Origin: Sulfurifustaceae bacterium
GTDB lineage: Bacteria > Pseudomonadota > Gammaproteobacteria > Acidiferrobacterales > Sulfurifustaceae
DNA length: 64,000 nt
NCBI GenBank assembly: GCA_041481225.1
Contig: JBGPBL010000003.1
Coordinates: 5,116 to 69,115 of the forward strand
Reading direction: 5' to 3'
Shown: in pieces, positions 57,939 to 64,000 of the stretch
How positions within the stretch are numbered: the stretch's first letter is position 1
Layout of the letters: every line of letters starts with the position of its first letter
Made by a program: the position numbers and the translations under genes
Notes under the pieces: generated by a model
Seen by the model: the letters and a program-made list of their open reading frames with translations, nothing else
What the model was told of the DNA's origin: nothing
Databases searched by the model: none

Positions 57939-58982
57939 ACGATGGGGGCGCTCACTGGAACTGAGTGCCCCACTCAACAGCCTGGCCGTGATATCAACGA
58001 TAGAGATCACCTGCTCATAGGGTATCCGGGTCGGCCCGATTACCCCGAGCATACCCACGATCTGTCCATCTACCTGATACGGCGCCGTGACCACGCTGCA
58101 TTCGGACAGCGCATCGTAACCGGATTCGCTGCCAATAAAGATTTTCACGCCGCCGGCGCGCATGCTGCGGTCGAGCAGGTGCAAGAGGTCGCGTTTGGTG
58201 GTAAAGGCATCGAACAGCTTGCGCAGCTTGCGCACATCACCCAGTTCCGGGAAATCCATGAGATTGGATTCGCCGCTCACCACCAGATCGTCCGTCTCTT
58301 CTTCCGCATTGAACGCCTGCTGTGCCATATTAACGGCCAGGTTCATGATCCGCTGCATATCGTCACTCGCTTGCTGTATCTCTTTCAACAAGGCGTGTTT
58401 GACGTCGCTCAGATAATCCCCGGTGTAGGTTTCATTGAAATAGTTGGCGGCCTGGACCAGCTCCGCCGACGAGTAATCTCGATCGGCCGCGATCACCCGG
58501 TTATGCACCTGGCCGTCCTGGGTGACAAGGATCACCAGGATGCGGCGGCTGGAGAGATTAATGAAATCGATCTGTCGGAAGGTGGCCTGCTCCTCGCGCC
58601 GCGGCGCCATCACGATGCCGGTAAGTTTGCAGATCTCCGACAGGACATGCGAGGCACTCTCGATCAACTGCTGCGGATTCTGGTGCGAGAGGAATTCCTG
58701 CTCAAGCTTGTGGACTTCGCTCATATCGAGCGGTTTAACCCGGAGCATGGTGTCGACAAACATCCGATAGCCCAATTCCGTGGGTATCCGCCCGGCCGAG
58801 GTGTGGGGAGAGGAAACCAGACCCAATTCTTCCAGGTCCGCCATCACGTTGCGTATGGTCGCCGGACTCAGATCGATCCCGGTCTGGCGCGCCAGCACGC
58901 GCGAACCGACCGGCTGGCCATCGGCGATATACCGTTCGATCAGGGTCTTGAGCAGAACTTCCGCGCGTGCGTTCAGGGACAT
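57918..58982 (-). CDS. hrcA: heat-inducible transcription repressor HrcA
   Basis: GQPVGSR.L, SPATIRNVMADLE.LG, PHTSAGRIPT..GYR.FVD, GVIGPTRIPY. Confidence 0.97.
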   Translation of the reverse strand: MSLNARAEVLLKTLIERYIADGQPVGSRVLARQTGIDLSPATIRNVMADLEELGLVSSPHTSAGRIPTELGYRMFVDTMLRVKPLDMSEVHKLEQEFLSHQNPQQLIESASHVLSEICKLTGIVMAPRREEQATFRQIDFINLSSRRILVILVTQDGQVHNRVIAADRDYSSAELVQAANYFNETYTGDYLSDVKHALLKEIQQASDDMQRIMNLAVNMAQQAFNAEEETDDLVVSGESNLMDFPELGDVRKLRKLFDAFTTKRDLLHLLDRSMRAGGVKIFIGSESGYDALSECSVVTAPYQVDGQIVGMLGVIGPTRIPYEQVISIVDITARLLSGALSSSERPHRLESSEH

Positions 58983-59009
58983 GGAGAAACCTTGCTTTGG
59001 CCCACAATT

Positions 59010-59036
59010 TTAGCACTCTCCTGGCATGAGTGCCAA
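59010..59036 (-). promoter_or_regulatory. CIRCE operator overlapping a sigma70 promoter
   Basis: TTAGCACTC-N9-GAGTGCCAA, one mismatch to consensus. On the minus strand TTGGCA-N18-TAAAAT coincides with it; 28 nt upstream of hrcA. Confidence 0.92.
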
Positions 59037-59150
59037 GCATGCGTGGCTGCCATAAACGCATGCCACCCCTGTCGAAACCGACCCACCGGCTAAAAATCAA
59101 GAACCTCGGGTTTATTTGCCTCCCGGCCAAGAACCAAAAACCCCCGAACC

Positions 59151-59206
59151 GGACAAAATCGCTGGGGACAATTTTGAACAGCCGAAGGCTGGCCCGAAGG
59201 GCGGGA
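59151..59206 (-). repeat. triple-hairpin structured element with two UUCG tetraloops
   Basis: Minus strand GCCC-TTC-GGGC, CAGCC-TTC-GGCTG, then CAAAAT-N11-ATTTTG. Confidence 0.55.
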
Positions 59207-59247
59207 TACAGGGAGGCCCCCGTTATCCGGGAAAATACAACCTGTCC

Positions 59248-59273
59248 CGGATTCCCGCCGGCACGGGAATGAC
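59248..59273. repeat. ATTCCC-N8-GGGAAT (dRS3/REP-like) palindrome
   Basis: CGG-ATTCCC-GCCGGCAC-GGGAAT-GAC. Confidence 0.65.
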
Positions 59274-59389
59274 AAACAAACGAATAGTCCGGCCTTACAT
59301 TAAGATAGAACCTTATCCGGCGCCGAATCGTGGATTGGCCCAAGGTTCCGTGCGTGCTAGCTTAACGCCCTGTTTCCGGAAAAAATGAC

Positions 59390-60268
59390 GTGAAGAAAAT
59401 AATCAAAACAGTCGGCGTGTTCGGAAAATACCGCGATGATTCTATCGGCGGGCACATTGTCCGGCTGACCAAATTTCTGCAGGAGCGCAAGCTGAGCGTC
59501 CTGATGGACGAAGCCACCGCGGACTGGATTGGACAGCCGTTCGGGCCAGGACAGTCACGCGCCGCCATTTGCCGCGAGATCGACCTGGCCATCATTGTCG
59601 GCGGCGACGGCACGTTATTGAACGTCGCGCGCGACCTGGCCGCCTGCAACGTTCCCATCATCGGCGTCAATCTTGGCCGGCTTGGTTTCCTGACCGATAT
59701 CCAGGCCGAACACATGACCGAGGAAATACGCAAGATCCTCGATGGCGACTACCAGACCGAGAAACGACTGCTGCTGCAGGCCGAGGTCATGCGCAAGGGA
59801 AAAATCGTGCACACCGCAAATGCATTCAACGACGTGGCCATTGGCAAAGGTGAACTCGCGCGCATGATCGAGTTTGAAACGTTCATTGGCGGCGAATTCG
59901 TCAACGACACCCGCGGCGATGGCATCATCGTCGCCAGCCCCACCGGATCCACCGCCTACGCCCTGTCTGCCGGCGGCCCCATCCTGCACCCATCACTGCC
60001 GGCGATCGTGATCGTCCCGATCTGTCCGCATACCTTGAGCAACCGGCCCATCGTGGTCGGGGCCGAGAGCATCATTGAAATAGTCATTACCGGCGCCGTC
60101 AATCAGCGCGCCCACGTGACCTTCGACGGTCAGGCGACATACTCACTCGAAGATCACGACCGTATCTACGTACGTCGCTCGGAACACGATGTCGAACTGA
60201 TTCACCCCTCGCGCCGCAGTCACTTCGAGGTGCTGCGTATTAAGCTCGGCTGGGGCGAATCCTACTAA
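59390..60268 (+). CDS. nadK: NAD kinase
   Basis: VGGDGTLL, GVNLGRLGFLT, FNDV, GDGIIVASPTGSTAYALSAGGP, PICPHTLSNRP; GTG start. Confidence 0.96.
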   Translation: MKKIIKTVGVFGKYRDDSIGGHIVRLTKFLQERKLSVLMDEATADWIGQPFGPGQSRAAICREIDLAIIVGGDGTLLNVARDLAACNVPIIGVNLGRLGFLTDIQAEHMTEEIRKILDGDYQTEKRLLLQAEVMRKGKIVHTANAFNDVAIGKGELARMIEFETFIGGEFVNDTRGDGIIVASPTGSTAYALSAGGPILHPSLPAIVIVPICPHTLSNRPIVVGAESIIEIVITGAVNQRAHVTFDGQATYSLEDHDRIYVRRSEHDVELIHPSRRSHFEVLRIKLGWGESY

Positions 60269-60282
60269 CCGGCGGGAACAAC

Positions 60283-61956
60283 ATGTTGCAACACCTTTAT
60301 ATCCGTGACTTCGCCATCGTGCATCAGCTTGAACTCGCCTTCGATTCGGGCTTCAGCGTGCTGACCGGAGAAACTGGCGCCGGCAAGTCCATCCTCATTG
60401 ATGCCCTGGCGCTGGTGCTGGGCGATCGCGCCGACAGCGATGTTATCCGCCACGGTTGCACGCGCGCCGAAGTGACTGCGGACTTCGCGCTCAAACCGTC
60501 ACACGCCGCCGCCAAGTGGCTTAAGCAACATGAGCTCTTCGACGATCAGGAATGTGTGTTGCGGCGCGTGATCGAAGCCGACAAGCCTTCGCGCGGCTTC
60601 ATCAACGGCCGACCGGCACCCATTCAGATGTTGCGCGAGCTAGGGGAGCATCTCGTGGACATCCATGGCCAGCACGAACACCAATCGCTGCTGAAGCGCG
60701 AGGCTCAGCGTGAGATCCTTGACGGTTACGCGGGACTCACGGACACCGTGCAAAATCTGGCCACCCATTACCAGCAATGGAAATCCCTGGAAGACCGACT
60801 GCAAACACTGCGGCACCAGTCCGCTGACCGCGAGGCACGCGTCGAACTGCTGCGCTACCAGGTAAAAGAGCTCGATGCCCTGGTGCTGGAACCCGGCGAG
60901 ATCCCCGTGCTGGAAGAGGAGCACGCGCGCCTGACCAATGGCGCGGAATTGCTCGAAGGCGTACAGGCCATCGCCCAGAGCGTCTACGACGACGATGAAA
61001 ACGCAGTGGCGCGGCAATTGGCCCGCGCCGTCAGCAAACTGGATTCCTTGAGCCAATACGATCCCAGACTTGGCGAAATTACCGCGCTATTAAATGAAGC
61101 GGCGATTCAGGTCGATGAGGCCGGCAGCCGGCTGCGCCATTATCTGGACAACCTCGAACTGGACCCCGAGCGGTTACAGGCTGTCGAGCGCCGGCTCTCG
61201 TCCGTGCACGATCTCTCGCGCAAACACAAGGTCCGCGCCGAGGAGCTGCCGGCCGTACATGAGCGCCTGCGCACGGAACTGAGCGATATCGAGGATCTCG
61301 ACACCAACCTCGGGAAACTGGAAGAAGACATACATAAGGAACGTGATACTTATCTCAAGGTGGCAAAAGAAGTAACACGCCACCGTGAGACGGCCGCCAA
61401 GAAACTCGCCCGTGCCGTGACGAGCGAGATGCAGGAACTGGGCATGACAGGAGGAAACTTTGACGTGGCCCTCGCGCCACTGGCCGACGGAGAAACCAGC
61501 GCCCACGGTAACGAGCGGGTCGAATTCCTGGTCAGCGCCAATTCCGGCCAGCCGGCAAAGCCGCTCAACAAGGTCGCCTCGGGCGGCGAGCTGTCGCGCA
61601 TCAGCCTCGCCTTGCAGGTAGTCATCGCCGGTCTTGGAAGTGTGCCCACGCTGATCTTCGATGAAGTAGATGTCGGCATCGGTGGACGCGTGGCCGAAAT
61701 CGTGGGGCAAAAGCTGCGCGCCTTGGGAAAATCGCGGCAAGTCCTTTGCATCACCCACCTCGCCCAGGTCGCCGCCCAGGGCGAACGACACCTCGCGGTA
61801 AGCAAGCGGGTAGAAGGAAAAATTACCCTGGCCGAAGTCAGGCCGCTCACCGAGCGCGAGCGCACCATGGAAATCGCGCGTATGATTGGCGGCGTGGAAA
61901 TCAGCAAACAGACCCTCGCCCACGCCAAGGACATGCTCTCCCGTGCCTCAGCCTGA
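60283..61956 (+). CDS. recN: DNA repair protein RecN
   Basis: LTGETGAGKSI, DIHGQHEHQ, ASGGELSR, IFDEVD.GIGG, CITHLAQVAA. Confidence 0.98.
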   Translation: MLQHLYIRDFAIVHQLELAFDSGFSVLTGETGAGKSILIDALALVLGDRADSDVIRHGCTRAEVTADFALKPSHAAAKWLKQHELFDDQECVLRRVIEADKPSRGFINGRPAPIQMLRELGEHLVDIHGQHEHQSLLKREAQREILDGYAGLTDTVQNLATHYQQWKSLEDRLQTLRHQSADREARVELLRYQVKELDALVLEPGEIPVLEEEHARLTNGAELLEGVQAIAQSVYDDDENAVARQLARAVSKLDSLSQYDPRLGEITALLNEAAIQVDEAGSRLRHYLDNLELDPERLQAVERRLSSVHDLSRKHKVRAEELPAVHERLRTELSDIEDLDTNLGKLEEDIHKERDTYLKVAKEVTRHRETAAKKLARAVTSEMQELGMTGGNFDVALAPLADGETSAHGNERVEFLVSANSGQPAKPLNKVASGGELSRISLALQVVIAGLGSVPTLIFDEVDVGIGGRVAEIVGQKLRALGKSRQVLCITHLAQVAAQGERHLAVSKRVEGKITLAEVRPLTERERTMEIARMIGGVEISKQTLAHAKDMLSRASA

Positions 61957-62440
61957 TACCACCCACCCCATCGCCAGCACCGCTGCCCGCGTGCGGCCGG
62001 CGGCCATCCACGACGTACCCGAAATTCACCATCTTCTCGAAATCTACGCGGCGCAGGGCAATCTGCTGCCGCGCTCGATGAGCGAGATGTACCGGCACCT
62101 GCGCGATTTCTTTGTGATCGAAATCAATGGCCGTGTCGCGGCCTGCGCGGCGCTTGAGATCTTTACCGAGAACCTGGGCGAGGTCAGAAGCCTCGTGGTG
62201 GCGGATGAGTTCAAAGGGAAAGGTTTCGGACGTCTGTTGGTCGAGCGCGTTGCTGAAGAAGCGCGCACCATCGAACTCAGGCGCCTGATGGCGCTCACCT
62301 ACGTGGCCCCGTTTTTCCATAAGCTCGGCTTCAAAACCGTGCCCAAGGAGACGCTGCCGGAGAAGGTCTGGGGGATCTGCGTGAAGTGCTACAAATTCAA
62401 CAATTGCGACGAAACCGCAGTGCTGCTTGAGTTGCGCTGA
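61943..62440 (+). CDS. GNAT N-acetyltransferase, short ArgA-like type
   Basis: LLPRS..E.Y..LRDFFV, GEVRSLVV, GKGFG, ALTY...FF.KLGF, PEKVWGICVKC..FNNCDE.A. Start set at GTG 61943 (AAGGA upstream, overlaps recN end); exact start uncertain. Confidence 0.8.
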   Translation: MPQPDTTHPIASTAARVRPAAIHDVPEIHHLLEIYAAQGNLLPRSMSEMYRHLRDFFVIEINGRVAACAALEIFTENLGEVRSLVVADEFKGKGFGRLLVERVAEEARTIELRRLMALTYVAPFFHKLGFKTVPKETLPEKVWGICVKCYKFNNCDETAVLLELR

Positions 62441-62507
62441 AACGGCCATAGCTTACATATCCCCGGAATATGCATTAAGCTTATCGCCTGACACGTCAAA
62501 CTAGGGA

Positions 62508-62819
62508 ATGCGGCAACTGCAGCGGACCATCGTGAAATCCAGATCAAAACTCGCCGGCTACCTCCTTTCTCTGCTGCTGCTCGTGGTGGAAGCGGGCGCC
62601 ATGGCGCACGAACTGGAGCACCAACTCCAGAAACCGGATGCGCCCTGTACACAGTGTCTTTTCGCTAACCATCTGGGCAAATCACCCGTTACCGTTCCCT
62701 ACGTGTTCAGTGCGTACGCGCCTGAAACGTATTCCCTGCCGGTATCCCTCCCCGCACCGCGCCGGCATGAAATCACCTCCTACGCAGTGCGTGCCCCTCC
62801 GTTTCACTCCGAAATCTAG
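62508..62819 (+). CDS. DUF2946-like small leader protein: signal/TM, HxxxH, CxxC and C-terminal RAPP
   Basis: LAGYLLSLLLLVVEAGAMA-HELEH...CTQC...YAVRAPPFHSEI*; AGGGA before ATG 62508. Confidence 0.8.
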   Translation: MRQLQRTIVKSRSKLAGYLLSLLLLVVEAGAMAHELEHQLQKPDAPCTQCLFANHLGKSPVTVPYVFSAYAPETYSLPVSLPAPRRHEITSYAVRAPPFHSEI

Positions 62820-62900
62820 TCTCTAAAACGACGCGTCCGGCTGCGCCCGCGACGCGCGCCTTGCTCAGGCAAGGCGTCCATGTACTCGTTGATTTCGGAG
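62807..62900 (+). promoter_or_regulatory. anti-SD/SD pairing between the leader ORF 3' end and the downstream RBS
   Basis: CTCCGAAATC (62807-62816) is the exact reverse complement of GATTTCGGAG (62891-62900, containing GGAG). Inner pairs AACGA/TCGTT and hairpin CGCCTTGC-TCAG-GCAAGGCG (62857-62876). Confidence 0.75.
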
Positions 62901-62907
62901 AAATATT

Positions 62908-64000
62908 ATGTCGTGTAAAATATTTATCACCGCTGCGGTGTTGGCCATTGCCATGCCGACCGCCACATTCGCGACTTCATCCGACAGTCCATCGGCACAG
63001 TTGGAGCCGACCGCCAAGCAGCCAAGCGAACAGCAGCGCCTGCATTCGCTCGAAGAACGCGTACAGCAACTGGAGTCCGCACCCCCTGCGCCAGCTCCCG
63101 CACCAGCCGCTACGGTTAACAGCTTCAACCCCGCCATCTCACTGATCCTTTCGGGCCTGTACACCAACCTCTCGCAGAACCCGGCGAACTACCGCATTAC
63201 CGGTTTTCCGGTGCCATCCAGTGTGGGGGTCGGTCCAAGCCAGCGCGGTTTCAGTCTTAGCGAAAGTGAACTTGGTATCTACGCCAACATCGATCCCTAT
63301 TTTTACGGTGGATTGAATTACTCGATACACCCGGATGATACCGCCTCGGCGGAAGAAGCCTTCATCCAAACGATCGCGCTGTCGCAAGGATTTACCGTCA
63401 AAGCCGGGCGGTTCTTCTCCGGCATCGGCTATCTGAACTCGCAGCACGCGCACGTCTGGGATTTTGTCGATGCTCCCCTTGCTTACCAGGCATTCCTCGG
63501 CACACAGTTCGGTGACGACGCGGTGCAGGTCAAATGGCTGGCGCCGACCGAGACTTTTCTTGAGCTTGGCGCGGAATTCGGTCGGGGGCGACCTTTCCCC
63601 GGAACCAACCGCGACAAGAACGGCTCCGGCGCCGGTACGGTGTACGCGCATGTCGGTGGTGATGTCGGCGTGAGTCAGAGCTGGCGTGCGGGTCTCTCCG
63701 CGCTCGGCACCTCGCCGCAGAATCGCATGTTTTCCGACACCAGTGTTGATGGGCGCACCGTAACCAACGCCTTCAGCGGCGACAGCCGTATCTGGATTGC
63801 CGACTTTGTGTGGAAATATGCGCCGAACGGAAATTCGACCTACACCAACTTCAAACTACAGGCGGAGTATCTGCGCCGGCACGACGACGGCAACCTCAGC
63901 TACGACACCGGCCCCGGTGGGACCAACAGCACGGCGCCGTACGATGCCAAACAATCCGGCTGGTATCTGCAGGGCGTCTATCAGTTCATGCCGTATTGGC
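62908..64000 (+). CDS. outer-membrane metal-uptake receptor-like protein (family often labelled zinc-regulated TonB-dependent receptor), partial
   Basis: Manual translation: MSCKIFITAAVLAIAMPTATFA...RLHSLEERVQQLE...FNPAISLIL...FSLSESEL...IDPYF...EEAFI...KAGRFFSGIGYLNSQHAHVWDFVDAPL. GGAG SD; open to the window end, so absent from the ORF track. Confidence 0.8.
   Translation, partial: MSCKIFITAAVLAIAMPTATFATSSDSPSAQLEPTAKQPSEQQRLHSLEERVQQLESAPPAPAPAPAATVNSFNPAISLILSGLYTNLSQNPANYRITGFPVPSSVGVGPSQRGFSLSESELGIYANIDPYFYGGLNYSIHPDDTASAEEAFIQTIALSQGFTVKAGRFFSGIGYLNSQHAHVWDFVDAPLAYQAFLGTQFGDDAVQVKWLAPTETFLELGAEFGRGRPFPGTNRDKNGSGAGTVYAHVGGDVGVSQSWRAGLSALGTSPQNRMFSDTSVDGRTVTNAFSGDSRIWIADFVWKYAPNGNSTYTNFKLQAEYLRRHDDGNLSYDTGPGGTNSTAPYDAKQSGWYLQGVYQFMPYW

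Noticed and set aside
59037-59063. GCATGCGT-N11-ACGCATGC hairpin abutting CIRCE
   Set aside because: A real 8-bp inverted repeat, but upstream of the -35 box with no recognisable consensus or second copy; no function can be supported.
62456-62472. CATAT-N7-ATATG upstream of the RAPP leader as a Zur, Fur or NikR box
   Set aside because: Does not match those consensus sites as I know them; a 5-bp arm is too short to support alone.

Overview
GC-rich proteobacterial chromosome segment, mostly core housekeeping genes on the minus strand. Gene order and content suggest a gammaproteobacterium, possibly Acidiferrobacterales/Sulfuricaulis-like (inference, not verified). Backbone, right to left: recN/nadK | hrcA-grpE-dnaK-dnaJ-dapB ... 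carA-carB-greA-rlmE-ftsH-folP-glmM ... tpiA-secG-tRNA-Leu-nuoA-N ... tRNA-fMet-rimP-nusA-infB-rbfA-truB-rpsO-pnp, then mobA, ybhB-like, mlaA, aceB and rpsP-rimM-trmD (partial). Three accessory slots interrupt this order. (1) nuoN/tRNA-fMet holds zwf-gnd-pgl, an anion transporter and unknown proteins. (2) glmM/tpiA holds a GGDEF gene plus a decayed REP-associated transposase, bracketed by an inverted repeat. (3) dapB/carA holds mltC, lemA, two TPM genes and mgtC. The strongest finding is at the right end. A small CxxC/His-bearing leader ORF ends in RAPP, and its last codons are a perfect 10-nt complement of the ribosome-binding site of a downstream outer-membrane metal-receptor-like gene. This is a candidate metal-sensing ribosome-stalling switch. 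Other points: 9-nt-periodic intergenic repeat arms, a CIRCE plus two sigma32 promoters on the dnaK operon, a possibly NAD-preferring oxidative pentose phosphate pathway beside complex I, and a carA leader terminator. No CRISPR array, rRNA, prophage or intact transposase/integrase was seen. All homology calls come from motif recognition; no searches were run.
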